NCBI GenBank assembly: GCA_963816355.1
Contig: CAWFKH010000001.1
Location: 64,001 to 128,000, forward strand
DNA: 64,000 nucleotides
Reading direction: 5' to 3'
Source of the DNA: an uncultured Gemmatimonadales bacterium
GTDB taxonomy: Bacteria; Gemmatimonadota; Gemmatimonadetes; Longimicrobiales; RSA9
Shown: piece after piece, positions 12,779 to 22,976 of the stretch
Position numbering within the stretch: position 1 is the first letter of the stretch
Layout of the letters: each line of letters begins with the position of its first letter
Position numbers and translations under genes: made by a program
Notes under the pieces: model-generated
Told to the model about the DNA's origin: nothing
Seen by the model: the letters and a program-made list of their open reading frames with translations, nothing else
Databases searched by the model: none

Positions 12779-15502
12779 ATGTCCGACTTCGCCATTCCGT
12801 CGCTCGCGCGCTCGGCCCTCCTCCTGGGGCTGGCCGCGCTCGCCTCGATGCTGCCCGCGCCGGCGGCCGCGCAGCGCGCGGCGCGCGCCGGGAACGACGG
12901 CGGCGGCGCGCCCGGCGTGCGCGTCATGCGCGCCGTCCGCCGCGCCGGCCCGATCGCGGTCGACGGCAGGCTGGACGAGCCGGCGTGGCGGGACGCGGAG
13001 GTCGCGGGCCGGTTCACGCAGAGCTATCCGGACCCCGGCGCGCCGCCGCCGGATCCGACCGAGGTGCGCGTGCTCTACGACGACGACGCGCTCTACGTCG
13101 GCGTGCGCATGTTCGACGCGCACCCGGACTCGATCGCGGCGCAGCTCGCCCGCCGCGACGCGAGCGGGATCTACTCCGACTGGGTGCACCTGATCGTCGA
13201 CTCCTACCACGACCGCCGCACCGCATTCCGCTTCACCGTCAACCCGCGCGGGGTGGAGAAGGACGTCTACACGTCGAACGACGGCAACGAGGACCTCAAC
13301 TGGGACGCCGTGTGGAGCGTGGGCGCCCGCGTCGACTCGCTCGGCTGGGTGGCGGAGTACCGCATCCCGCTCTCGCAGCTCCGCTTCGGGGCGGCGCCCG
13401 CGGACGGCGACCGCACCTGGGGGATCCAGGTCATGCGCGACATCGCGCGGCGCAACGAGCGCGACTCGTGGTCGCCATGGACGCCCAAGAGCCCCGGCTT
13501 CGTCTCGGCGTTCGGAGACCTGAGAGGCCTGCGCGGCGTGCCGGCGCCGAAACGACTGGAGATCCTCCCGTACGTCAGCTCGAAGGTCACCCGTTCCCAT
13601 GGCGACGAGACGAACCCGTTCTTCCATCACACGGACGCGTCCCCCTCGGTGGGCGCGGACGTGCGCCTCGGCCTGCCCGGCGGACTCACCCTCACCGGCA
13701 CCGTGAACCCGGACTTCGGCCAGGTCGAGGTCGACCCCGCCGTCGTCAACCTCTCCGCCTTCGAGACCTTCTTCCCCGAGAAGCGGCCCTTCTTCCTCGA
13801 GGGCGGAGACGTCTTCAACTTCGGTCAGGTGCGGCGGCAGAACGACTACGGCCAGCAGTTCTTCTTCTACTCGCGCCGCATCGGCCGTGCGCCGGAGGTG
13901 GGGCCCACCGCGCCGCCCGGCGATTTCATCCGCTTCGCCGACGCGCCGGAGCAGACGCGGATCGCCGGCGCCGCGAAGGTCACCGGCAAAAGCGGACCGT
14001 GGACGATCGGCGTGCTCGACGCGGTCACGACGGAGGCGGACGCGCGCGTCGCGCTCGCGTCCGGCGGCGTCGCGGAGGCACCAGTCGAGCCGCTCACCAA
14101 CTACCTGGCGGCCCGCGCCAAGCGCGACTTCGACCACGGCGCGTCCTTCGTCGGGGCGATGCTCACCTCGACCACGCGCAGCATGGACGACGCCGTCTTC
14201 CGGCCGCTGCTGCGCTCCGGCGCGACCCTCGCCGGCGTCGACTTCGAGCACGGCATGCGTCGCCGCACGTGGATCCTGAGCGGATTCCTCGCGGAGACGC
14301 GGGTGAGCGGATCGCCGGAAGCGGTCGGCCGCACGCAGCGCAACAGCACGCACTACTTCCAGCGGCCGGACGCGTCCTACCTGACCTACGACCCGTCGCG
14401 CACCTCGCTCGCCGGCTACGCGGGCGAGATCGCGCTGCAGAAGTCCGGCAGCGTCTTCGGCTCCCTCGCCTACAAGGAGCTGGACCCCGGCTTCGAGCTG
14501 AACGACCTCGGCTTCGTGGGACGCGTCGACTACCGCGCGCTGTCGAGCCTCGTCGGGTACCAGAGCTTCAAGGCGGGCAAGCACCTGCGCAGCTACAGCG
14601 CCTTCGCCTACGCGAACGACACCTGGAACTTCGGCGGCCGGCCCATCTACCGCGGCCTCGCGGCCAGCGGCAACGCCACGTTCAACAACCTGTGGAGCGT
14701 CTTCGGCGGCGTCACCCGCTCCCTTTCCGCCTACGACGACCGGCGGCTGCGCGGCGGCCCGATCGCCACCCAGCCCGCCGGCTGGAGCTACAATCTCAGC
14801 GTCAACAGCGACTCACGCTGGCCCGTCGTCGTCTCCGCCTTCGGCTTCCATCACGATGACGACGCCGGCGACCGTGCGGGAAGCTACGGACTGAGCTTCG
14901 ACGCGCGGCCCACCAGCACGCTGCACGTCACCTTCACTCCCTCGCTCGACGTGTCGCGCGGCACCGCGCAGTACGTGGCCGCGTTCGACGACGCGACCGC
15001 CGAGGCGACCTTCGGCCGGCGCTACGTCTTCGCCGACATCCGGCAGACCACGCTCTCACTCGAGACGCGCGTCGACTGGACCCTCAGCACCACGCTCAGC
15101 CTGCAGACGTTCGTCCAGCCGTTCGTCGCCTCCGGCGACTACTCCGGCTTCAAGGAGTTCACCACCCCCGGTCTGCGCGAGTTCGCCGTCTACGGCGGCG
15201 ACCGCGGCAGCATCGCCCACGACCCCGGCTCCGACACCTACACGGTCGATCCGGACGGGCCGGGACCCGCGCAGCCGTTCACCCTGCGCGACCCGGACTT
15301 CAACCTCCGCAGCGTGCGCGGCAACGCCGTCCTGCGCTGGGAGTACCGCCCGGGCTCCGCCCTCTACCTGGTGTGGCAGCAGCAGCGCAGCGCTTTCGTC
15401 GCCCGCGGTGATTTCGACACCGGCCGCGACGTCGGCGCGCTCTTCGACGCGGTGCCCACGAACGTCTTCCTGATCAAGGCGACGTACTGGATCGGCCACT
15501 GA
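12779..15502 (+). CDS. Secreted/outer-membrane DUF5916 protein with N-terminal CBM9-like domain
   Basis: Signal peptide; IAVDGRLDEPAW, TEVRVLYDDDALYVG, GWVAEYRIP, TVNPDFGQVEVD, FFPEKRPFFLEG, FYSRRIG; C-terminal FLIKATYW. Confidence 0.88.
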   Translation: MSDFAIPSLARSALLLGLAALASMLPAPAAAQRAARAGNDGGGAPGVRVMRAVRRAGPIAVDGRLDEPAWRDAEVAGRFTQSYPDPGAPPPDPTEVRVLYDDDALYVGVRMFDAHPDSIAAQLARRDASGIYSDWVHLIVDSYHDRRTAFRFTVNPRGVEKDVYTSNDGNEDLNWDAVWSVGARVDSLGWVAEYRIPLSQLRFGAAPADGDRTWGIQVMRDIARRNERDSWSPWTPKSPGFVSAFGDLRGLRGVPAPKRLEILPYVSSKVTRSHGDETNPFFHHTDASPSVGADVRLGLPGGLTLTGTVNPDFGQVEVDPAVVNLSAFETFFPEKRPFFLEGGDVFNFGQVRRQNDYGQQFFFYSRRIGRAPEVGPTAPPGDFIRFADAPEQTRIAGAAKVTGKSGPWTIGVLDAVTTEADARVALASGGVAEAPVEPLTNYLAARAKRDFDHGASFVGAMLTSTTRSMDDAVFRPLLRSGATLAGVDFEHGMRRRTWILSGFLAETRVSGSPEAVGRTQRNSTHYFQRPDASYLTYDPSRTSLAGYAGEIALQKSGSVFGSLAYKELDPGFELNDLGFVGRVDYRALSSLVGYQSFKAGKHLRSYSAFAYANDTWNFGGRPIYRGLAASGNATFNNLWSVFGGVTRSLSAYDDRRLRGGPIATQPAGWSYNLSVNSDSRWPVVVSAFGFHHDDDAGDRAGSYGLSFDARPTSTLHVTFTPSLDVSRGTAQYVAAFDDATAEATFGRRYVFADIRQTTLSLETRVDWTLSTTLSLQTFVQPFVASGDYSGFKEFTTPGLREFAVYGGDRGSIAHDPGSDTYTVDPDGPGPAQPFTLRDPDFNLRSVRGNAVLRWEYRPGSALYLVWQQQRSAFVARGDFDTGRDVGALFDAVPTNVFLIKATYWIGH

Positions 15503-15512
15503 GGCGCGGCCG

Positions 15513-18185
15513 CTACCGCGTCTCGATCCCCTTCGCGACCGTCACCTCCAGCGTGCGCTCCATCTTCACGCCGCCGTACGTGAGCGTGACGGTGTACTTC
15601 CCCCCCGCCACGAACAGCCGCCCCTCGCCGCCATACGCCGTCAGCACGTCCGACGTCGGCTTGAGGTCCCACCACACGCGGCCCAGCCCCGGCACGCCGG
15701 GCGCCGAGAGGTTTGCGACAGGGACGCCGTCGGCGTCCGTGATCGCCAGCGCGACGTCCGCCCCCGTGTACGCCTTCACCCAGAAGTCGAGCGGCACGCC
15801 CTCCGGCGGGTTCTCGCCGCGATAGACGGCGCCGCCGTTCCAGTCGGCGAAGCCGGCCTGGCGGTTGGTGCCGAACGCGGCCGGCGGCTGGAAGAGGTAC
15901 GCCGCCGAGTCGCGCACGGCGGCGGTCAGCTCCTCGAGCGGCCGCACGTCGTCGACGATGTAGAGGGAGCGGCCGTGCGTCGCGATCACGAGGTCCCGCT
16001 CCTCCGGCTGCAGCTCGATGTCGTCCACGGCGACCGTGGGCAGCCCGCCGAAGCGGACCCAGTGGGAGCCGCCATCGCCGCTCGCGAAGAGGCCGAACAT
16101 GGTGCCGACGTAGAGGAGATCGGGATTGAAGCGGTCCTCGGCGACGACCTCGATCGGGCCGTCCGCCGGCAGGTCGCCCGCCACCGAGCGCCAGCTCCTG
16201 CCGCCGTCCGCCGTGCGCCAGAGCAGCGGCCGGTCGTCGCCGCTGCGGTACGCGGAGACGGCCACGTAGGCGACGTCGGGCGACGTCACGCTCGGCGCGA
16301 TGCGCTGGATCCAGCGCCCCTTCGCGTCCGCGGGCAGCGACGCCGTGAGGTCGGTCCAGTGCGCGCCGTCGTCGCGCGTGATCCACAGCTTGCCGTCGTC
16401 CGTGCCCGCCCACAGCTCGCCCGCCTGCACCGGCGACTCCGCCAGCGCGTAGACGACGCCGTACGTCTCGGCGCCGCTCCCCGTCGCCGTGATGCGGTCG
16501 ACGTTCTGCGTGGAGAGGTCGGGGCTGATGGGACGCGAGCGCTCGCCGTCGTCCGTCAGCTTGAAGACGCGGTTGCCGGCCAGGTACATCGCGTCCGGGT
16601 CGTGCACGCTGCCGATCAGCGGCGCGTTCCAGTGGAAGCGGTAGGCGGGTTGGCCCTCCGCCGGGCTCGGCTGCAGGAACTTCTCCTCGCCGGTGGCGAG
16701 GTCGTAGCGGTAGACGGTGCCGCCCTGGCTCTCGGTGAAGACGTGATCCGGGTTCCGGCCGAAGACGCAGTAGAAGCCGTCGCCGCCGTCGATCGGCTTC
16801 CAGTCCGAGTTGCGGATCCCCTCCTGCGAGTCGGTCTGGCTCGGGCCCACCCAGTTGATGTTGTCCTGCAGGCCGCCGCAGATGCGGTAGTGCGGCTTCA
16901 TCGAATCGAGCGAGATCCGGTAGAACTCGCCGCCCGCGAAGCGGTTCAGGTGCGCCCACAGCGCGCCGCCGTCCCAGCTCTGGTAGATGCCGCCGTCGGT
17001 GCCCAGCAGCAGGTGCCGCGGGTCGTGCGCGTCGATCGCCAGCGCGTGGTTGTCCGGGTGCACCTTGGAGAAGCGGTCCTCGCGCCACGTGCGGCCGCCG
17101 TTCTCCGACACGTGCACCATCGACGTCAGCTCGTAGACGCGGTCCGGGTCCGACGGATCGACGCGGATCTGGCTGAAGTAGAACGCGCGTGCGTCCAGCG
17201 CGCTCCGCCGTGTCCACGTCGCGCCGCCGTCGTCGGAACGGAAGACGCCGCCCTCCTTGCTCCGCACCTCGTCGATCGAGATCGGGCCGCCCGCGTCCGT
17301 CTCCACGATCGCGTACACGATGCGCGGGTCCTTCGGATAGACCGCGAGTCCGATGCGGCGCGTGCCGGAAGGCAGCCCGCCGCCCAGCTTCGTCCAGTGC
17401 GCGCCGCCGTCCGTCGACTTGAAGATCCCGCCGAGGTCCTTCCCCTCGGTGGCGGCCGGCCCGGCGGTGAAGGACCACGGCGTGCGCCGGCGCGCGTACA
17501 GCGCCGCGTACACGGTCGAAGGGTCCTGAGGATCGATGGCGACGTCGCCCGCGCCGACGCGGTCGTCGTACGGCGCCGGCGCGGCGAGCACCTTCGTCCA
17601 CGTCGCGCCGCCATCCGTCGTGCGGTACAGGCCGCGCTCGCGGCTCGCCTGCCACAGGTCACCGACCGCCGCCACGTAGGCCGTCTTCGGGTCCGTGGGG
17701 GAGACGACGATGCGCGCGATGCTCTTCGTCCCCTCCAGCCCCACGTGCGTCCACGTCGCGCCCGCGTCCGCCGAACGGTAGACGCCGTTCCCCCACTGCG
17801 AGCTGTTGCGGTCGTTCGCCTCGCCCGTCCCCACCCACACCACACTCGAGTCCGACGGCGCCACCGCCACCGCCCCGATCGACGCCACCGGCTGGCCGGT
17901 GAAGATCGCCGAGAACGTCGCGCCGCCGTCCGTCGTCTTCATCACGCCGCCCGTCCCCAGCCCCACGTAGAACGTCTGCGGATCCGTCGGGTCCAGCGCG
18001 ATGTCCGACACCCGACCGCCCATCACCGCCGGCCCGATCGCCCGCGCCTTCAGCGCGGAGATCGCGAGGGAGTCGAGCGCGGCGGGCTTCGCGGCCGCCT
18101 GCGCGTGGAGGGCGCCGGCGCCCGGCGCCAGCAGGGCGGCCGCGGCGAACAGCAGCGCGGCGGCCGTATTCGACCGTTTGTGCAT
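15513..18185 (-). CDS. Secreted VPS10/BNR-repeat beta-propeller protein (glycosyl hydrolase-like)
   Basis: Signal peptide MHKRSNTAAALLF; RAIGPAVMGGRV, many SxDGGxTW Asp-boxes, GGLQDN, GGDGF, ATHGRS. Confidence 0.9.
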   Translation of the reverse strand: MHKRSNTAAALLFAAAALLAPGAGALHAQAAAKPAALDSLAISALKARAIGPAVMGGRVSDIALDPTDPQTFYVGLGTGGVMKTTDGGATFSAIFTGQPVASIGAVAVAPSDSSVVWVGTGEANDRNSSQWGNGVYRSADAGATWTHVGLEGTKSIARIVVSPTDPKTAYVAAVGDLWQASRERGLYRTTDGGATWTKVLAAPAPYDDRVGAGDVAIDPQDPSTVYAALYARRRTPWSFTAGPAATEGKDLGGIFKSTDGGAHWTKLGGGLPSGTRRIGLAVYPKDPRIVYAIVETDAGGPISIDEVRSKEGGVFRSDDGGATWTRRSALDARAFYFSQIRVDPSDPDRVYELTSMVHVSENGGRTWREDRFSKVHPDNHALAIDAHDPRHLLLGTDGGIYQSWDGGALWAHLNRFAGGEFYRISLDSMKPHYRICGGLQDNINWVGPSQTDSQEGIRNSDWKPIDGGDGFYCVFGRNPDHVFTESQGGTVYRYDLATGEEKFLQPSPAEGQPAYRFHWNAPLIGSVHDPDAMYLAGNRVFKLTDDGERSRPISPDLSTQNVDRITATGSGAETYGVVYALAESPVQAGELWAGTDDGKLWITRDDGAHWTDLTASLPADAKGRWIQRIAPSVTSPDVAYVAVSAYRSGDDRPLLWRTADGGRSWRSVAGDLPADGPIEVVAEDRFNPDLLYVGTMFGLFASGDGGSHWVRFGGLPTVAVDDIELQPEERDLVIATHGRSLYIVDDVRPLEELTAAVRDSAAYLFQPPAAFGTNRQAGFADWNGGAVYRGENPPEGVPLDFWVKAYTGADVALAITDADGVPVANLSAPGVPGLGRVWWDLKPTSDVLTAYGGEGRLFVAGGKYTVTLTYGGVKMERTLEVTVAKGIETR

Positions 18186-18335
18186 GGAGGCCTTCGGGCT
18201 GTAGGACGACGAACGGGAACGGGGGAGCGTAGGCCGGCGGCGCGGCGGCGGCAAGCGGGCGGCCGGCGAGCGGGCGTCGTCGCGCCGGCGCTGCGCAGCG
18301 GCGGTGGAGGCGTCGCCGGGGCGCGGTCGTGTTCC

Positions 18336-18365
18336 TTGACCGGCGTCGCGCGGCGGACCTAGACT
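18336..18365 (+). promoter_or_regulatory. Sigma70-type promoter of the SnoaL gene
   Basis: TTGACC-N18-TAGACT about 65 nt upstream of the start. Confidence 0.55.
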
Positions 18366-18431
18366 CGGTCCACTCCACACCGCAGGACTGCCCGAACGGT
18401 TTCGATCGCCCACCCGAGCCGGAGGAGCCTC

Positions 18432-18818
18432 ATGTCGGTCGAGCGCACGCGAGAAGTGCTGGAGTCGTACTGGCGCGAGCACGACCCCCGCCACGTCGCC
18501 GAGGATGCCGTGTTCGTCATGCAGCCCACCGGCGAGGAGATCCGCGGCCGCGACGCGATCGCCGAGCACCTCGACGCGTTCTACCACGTCACGCTCGACG
18601 CGCACGCCGAAGTGGTCAACGCCATCTTCGCCGACGGCAAGGGCGTGCTCGAGGCGGTCGTCGTCGGCAGGCACACGGGGGAGTTCGCCGGGATCCCCGC
18701 CACGGGCCGTGACGTGCGGGTCCCGCTCTGCGTCTGCTACGACATGGAGGGAGAGCGCATCCAGCGCGCGCGCATCTACCTCATGGCGAACGTGCTGATC
18801 CAGCAGATCTCGGGGTGA
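18432..18818 (+). CDS. SnoaL-like / NTF2-fold ester cyclase
   Basis: GRDAI, GRHTGEFAGIPATGRDV motifs; GGAGG RBS. Confidence 0.88.
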   Translation: MSVERTREVLESYWREHDPRHVAEDAVFVMQPTGEEIRGRDAIAEHLDAFYHVTLDAHAEVVNAIFADGKGVLEAVVVGRHTGEFAGIPATGRDVRVPLCVCYDMEGERIQRARIYLMANVLIQQISG

Positions 18819-21714
18819 GCCGCGGCCAGACGTTGTCGTCCGGATCGGCGTCGGGAAAGCGGCCGTGCGGATCGAGCGTGACCTTCTCGACCGCGCGGCC
18901 GCCGAAGTCGAGCACCGCGTCGTAGGTGCGGCGGCCGCCGAACCAGACGTCCACCGGCCAGCGGACCTCCGCCGTCGTCGCATCGATCATGGTGCTGTTC
19001 GGCATCGGCCGGATGGCGGGGCCGGTGGGCGCGAGCTCGACGCGCAGCACGATCGGCGCGGGCATCTGTCCGTCCTGGCGCACGGTGACGGTGGTGCGGC
19101 CGCCGGCGCTCGCCACGCGCTGGATGGAGCCGTCCACGGCGTCCGTCGTGAAGAGCCAGGAGTACCAGAACCAGCCGAGGTCGCGGTGCAGCGCGCGGCT
19201 CATGAAGAAGGCGTAGTCCCACGGCGAGGGGTGCTTGAACCGCCACGCGCGCGCGTAGTCGCTCATGGCGCGCAGGACGGCGGTGTCGCCCACGATGCCC
19301 CCGAGCATGGACAGCATCATCGGCGCCTTGCCGTACGCCTTGAACGCGTAGAGCGGGCCGGCGTAGTTGCCGTCCCACATGAGCGGCGCCTCGCGCTCGT
19401 CGCCGCTGGTGCGGCCGTAGGCCTGGCCGCGGCCGTCGAGCGAGGGGATGTCGCCGCCGGCGTCGAGCGGCGGCGCCTCGCCGCGGCGGTCGACGGCGGA
19501 GAGGATGTTCATGTACTGGTTGAACCCCTCGTCCATGAAGCCGTACCACGTCTCGTTGGTGCCCACCATCATCGGCCACCACTGGTGGCCGGTCTCGTGG
19601 TCGGCGGCGCCGGTGCTCGACATGATGAACATCGGGTACTCCATGCCGCCCTCGGGTCCGTCCACGACGGTCATCTTCGGGAACGCGTACGGCATCCACA
19701 GCTTCGAGTAGAAGCCGAGTGCGTGCCGCACCACCGCGCCCGCGCTCGCGTAGCGCTGCGCGTGCCCCGGCAGGTAGAGGATGTCGACCGGGACGAAGCC
19801 GCGGCCCGGGATCGGCGCGCGCGTCGCGTCCCAGACGAAGCGGTCCGAGGCGGCCCAGGCGACGTCGGCCACGCTGTCCGCGACGAAGTGCCACACGAGC
19901 CGGCCGCCCGCCGCCGTCGCGCGCTCCGCGCCGCGCCCTTCAGGGGCGACGATGCTGCGCTGTTCGTCGGACTCGAGCGCGTGCGACAGCCGCTCGCGAA
20001 CGCCGGGCGAGAGCACCTCCTCCGGATTCTGCAGCACGCCCGTCGCCCCCACCAGCCAGCCCGCGGGGACGTCGATCTTCACGTCGAAGCGGCCGAAGTC
20101 GTTGTAGAACTCGGCGGTCCCGAGGTACGGGTCCGTGTCCCAGCCACGCAGGTCGTCGTAGACCGCGACGCGCGGGTACCACTGCGCCACCTGGAAGAGC
20201 GTGTCCGCCCAGGCGCCCATGCGCAGACCGCGCTCGTTGAACGCGCGCGGCACCTGGAAGCTCCACTCCGCCTGCATGCGGCCGGTGCCGTGCGCCGCGA
20301 TCGGCGTCGGCAGCGGGATGCGGGCCGACGTCTCGGTGATCGCGCTGGCGATCGGCGTGCCGAAGCGGCGGCCGCCGCGCCCGACGTACGGCGGCACGGT
20401 GTCCGTCAGATCCACCGCCTGACCGTTCAGCACCAGCCGCTTCAGCTCCAGGCCGCCGGTGATCTCCGTCACTTTCTCCGCGCGCGCCACGTTCGCGCGG
20501 AAGACGTTCTGGTCCAGCCGCAGCACGATCTGCGACAGCGTCGAATCGCTCTCGTTGTGGATCACCACGTCCTCGCGCCCCGTCAGCGTGCGCGTGGCCG
20601 GTTCCAGGCGCGCCTCGATCGCGTACTCGGTGCGCAGCTGCCAGTACCGCGGGCCGGGTCGCCCCGTGGAGTCGCGCGTGCCGGCGGCGAACGCGCGCCG
20701 GATCATGTCCGTCATCGGGATCTCCCGGCGGATCGCGCGCGCCGGCGCCGCGAACGCCTCGCCCTGCGACGACGCCCCACCGGCCGCGCCGGCGCCGCCC
20801 AGCACGCGGTTCAGCAGGTCCGCCAGACGGTAGCCCGCGAGCGCCGCCCGCCGCTCCGCCGTCGCGAACGCCGCCTCCCGGTACGCCGCCCCCGGCTCCC
20901 GCCCCGGCGGCGTGTCGTAGATCGTCTTCGCGATGCCGTAGCTCTCGTTGGCCCACGCGGCGAAGTCGCCCGGCTCCAGCTCGCCGGCGACGTCGGCCGG
21001 GGTCACGCGCGCCGTGATGCCGCGGGCGGCTCGCTCCAGCCGGTGCGCCTGCAGCTCCCCCGGCTGCGTCGGGTACGCGCGCGAGATGCCCGAATCCCAG
21101 TAGCCGTGGAGGTTGTGGCGGTCGGCGAGGCGGAACAGGTTGCCGCCGCGGTCGCCTTCGGGGAGGGCGGGCGTCACGCGCGAGACGGCGTGGAGCGGCT
21201 GGTGGATGTCGCCGACCAGGTGGAGGATCCAGGCGAGGTCGACGGCGCGCCGCGAAGCGGAGACGCTTTCGTCGCCCAGCTCGGCGCTGAGCCGCTCCAG
21301 CTCGCTCACCGCGTTCACGGGATCCGGCGCCGGTTCGGCCAGGTCCACCGGGCCGCGCGGCGTCGCGCGGAAGTAGTGGTCGATGTAGTGCCAGCCGCCG
21401 TGCGCGTACTTCTCGAAACGTCGCCTCTTCGTGGTGTCGCGCACCACGTCGGGCCACGTCGCGGCGGCCGCGAAGTAGAGCCAGTCGCCGTCGGCGGAAG
21501 CGCCTTGCCGCGCGCGCAGATCGAGGAGTCCCGAGTCGTCGGGCGCCTGGCTCAGGAGCGCGAGCGCGGCGCGACGCGCCCGCGGCGTCATCCGCTCCCA
21601 CGCGATGCGGGCGATCACCTCGTGCCCGGTGGCATCCCACGCCCCCGCCGGCGTGGCGATCAGCAGGCCGAGCAGCAGCGCGGCGGTCCAGCGCTTCGAT
21701 GTGCGAACGGGCAT
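18781..21714 (-). CDS. Secreted fusion: S1/P1 nuclease + M1-family metalloaminopeptidase
   Basis: Signal peptide, then WDATGH, ATWPD, WHYID, LHLVGDIHQPLH, GDRGGN, NLHGYWD (S1/P1). After a Gly/Ala linker: AQWYPR, GGMEYP, HETGH-x18-E, YGK (M1). One uninterrupted ORF. Confidence 0.88.
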   Translation of the reverse strand: MPVRTSKRWTAALLLGLLIATPAGAWDATGHEVIARIAWERMTPRARRAALALLSQAPDDSGLLDLRARQGASADGDWLYFAAAATWPDVVRDTTKRRRFEKYAHGGWHYIDHYFRATPRGPVDLAEPAPDPVNAVSELERLSAELGDESVSASRRAVDLAWILHLVGDIHQPLHAVSRVTPALPEGDRGGNLFRLADRHNLHGYWDSGISRAYPTQPGELQAHRLERAARGITARVTPADVAGELEPGDFAAWANESYGIAKTIYDTPPGREPGAAYREAAFATAERRAALAGYRLADLLNRVLGGAGAAGGASSQGEAFAAPARAIRREIPMTDMIRRAFAAGTRDSTGRPGPRYWQLRTEYAIEARLEPATRTLTGREDVVIHNESDSTLSQIVLRLDQNVFRANVARAEKVTEITGGLELKRLVLNGQAVDLTDTVPPYVGRGGRRFGTPIASAITETSARIPLPTPIAAHGTGRMQAEWSFQVPRAFNERGLRMGAWADTLFQVAQWYPRVAVYDDLRGWDTDPYLGTAEFYNDFGRFDVKIDVPAGWLVGATGVLQNPEEVLSPGVRERLSHALESDEQRSIVAPEGRGAERATAAGGRLVWHFVADSVADVAWAASDRFVWDATRAPIPGRGFVPVDILYLPGHAQRYASAGAVVRHALGFYSKLWMPYAFPKMTVVDGPEGGMEYPMFIMSSTGAADHETGHQWWPMMVGTNETWYGFMDEGFNQYMNILSAVDRRGEAPPLDAGGDIPSLDGRGQAYGRTSGDEREAPLMWDGNYAGPLYAFKAYGKAPMMLSMLGGIVGDTAVLRAMSDYARAWRFKHPSPWDYAFFMSRALHRDLGWFWYSWLFTTDAVDGSIQRVASAGGRTTVTVRQDGQMPAPIVLRVELAPTGPAIRPMPNSTMIDATTAEVRWPVDVWFGGRRTYDAVLDFGGRAVEKVTLDPHGRFPDADPDDNVWPRLTPRSAGSARSP

Positions 21715-21846
21715 GCGTGGTCCTCGCGACGGTGGGCGGACGGAGCTCGATCCGGATTCGATCCGGCGCCCCGCTGCGGCGCCCGCGACCCGGCGCCCGA
21801 ACTCTGCGTGCTGCGCGCCGATCCGTCAACGCCGGCCACGGCGCGC

Positions 21847-21896
21847 GGCGCCCGCGTCAGCCGCCGGGCGCCCGCGTCAGTCATTCGGCGCCCGCG
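21847..21896. repeat. 20-bp-period repeat GGCGCCCGCG(TCAG) x3 over the ChaN stop
   Basis: Copies at 21847, 21867 and 21887. Confidence 0.7.
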
Positions 21897-22881
21897 AACG
21901 TCGACATTCGATCGACTCCAGCGTGCGCGCCTCGTCGGTCTGGATCACGAAGTCCGCCCACTGCCCCGCCGGCGCGGGCTCGAACGTCTCCACGTCCTTC
22001 ACGGGTCGCAGCGCCACGACCAGGGATTTCGCGTTCGGGGCGTACGCCCGGAGCTGTTCCGGGATCCCGGTGCCGCGCTCCACGTGGAACGCGCCCGTCA
22101 CGTGCAGCACCAGGGCGTCCGGGTGCGCGTCCAGGTGGCGCGCGATCGAATGCGCCATCGTCGCATCCCACAGGACCTGGCTGTCGAGCTGACGGCCCAT
22201 GTTCCCGTGGCTGCCCACGGGCGCCGACGCGTGCGCCACCGGCACGCCGCACTTCATCCCCTCCTGCTCCATCACCTCCGAGATCGTCGCGATCCACTGA
22301 TCCCGGTACGCCTGCGACGCCTGGCCGTACGGCAGCGGCGGCAGGTAGGCGAGCGCCGCCGGGCTCAGCTCCGTCAACGCCTCGCGGCCCCGCCGCGCGA
22401 CCAGCGTCACGTAGCGCCGCGGCGCGTTCGCCGCGATCACCGGCATGCCGCGCTCCTTCGCGAGCTCGACCAGCGGCCGGTAGTCGCTCTCGTAGCGCTC
22501 CCACGGCCGCGCATCGGCGAGGAACGAGGCCTCCGGGATGAGACCCGCCAGGTACTCGTCCAGCGGCAGTTGCACGTCCCGCTCGAAGAACTCCAGCGAC
22601 AGCGCCACAGGTCGCGCGCCGGCGACCGCCCTCCGCAGCAGCTCCAGCTCGAGCATGTGCGCCGTCGGGTCGTCGTGCGTCTCCCCGACGAAGACCACCT
22701 GCACGCGCTCCATGGCGCGCGCGATGTCGTCCAGCGACGCCGCCCCGCCCGCTCCCGTGTGCACCCGGTATTCGCCCGGCGCGTACGCGGTGTCGAGCGC
22801 GGCGGGCGCCTTCTGCGCCGAAGCCGGAAGTGCGCACAGGAGCGGGAGCGTCCCCGCTGCGAGCATCGTCGTGGTCCTCAT
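21877..22881 (-). CDS. ChaN-family (heme/iron-uptake-associated, DUF399) protein
   Basis: VVFVGETHDDP, LSLEFFERDVQ, YRPLVELAK, IAANAPR, WDATMA, GAFH; ATG 22881 with purine-rich RBS. Confidence 0.85.
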   Translation of the reverse strand: MRTTTMLAAGTLPLLCALPASAQKAPAALDTAYAPGEYRVHTGAGGAASLDDIARAMERVQVVFVGETHDDPTAHMLELELLRRAVAGARPVALSLEFFERDVQLPLDEYLAGLIPEASFLADARPWERYESDYRPLVELAKERGMPVIAANAPRRYVTLVARRGREALTELSPAALAYLPPLPYGQASQAYRDQWIATISEVMEQEGMKCGVPVAHASAPVGSHGNMGRQLDSQVLWDATMAHSIARHLDAHPDALVLHVTGAFHVERGTGIPEQLRAYAPNAKSLVVALRPVKDVETFEPAPAGQWADFVIQTDEARTLESIECRRSRAPND

Positions 22882-22976
22882 CTCTCTCTCCCCCTCGTTT
22901 GCACCCGGCGGCGGACCCGCGTACGCTACTGCCGACGACGGCCGCGCACCATTCCTCCAGCTCCGCACGAGGGCAC

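Noticed and set aside
15513..18983. 1156-aa extended VPS10 protein
   Set aside because: The extension is antisense to SnoaL; the signal peptide begins at Met 18185.
21745..21775. tRNA-like TTCGATCC motif
   Set aside because: No cloverleaf or acceptor stem; just a short TCGATCCGG duplication.
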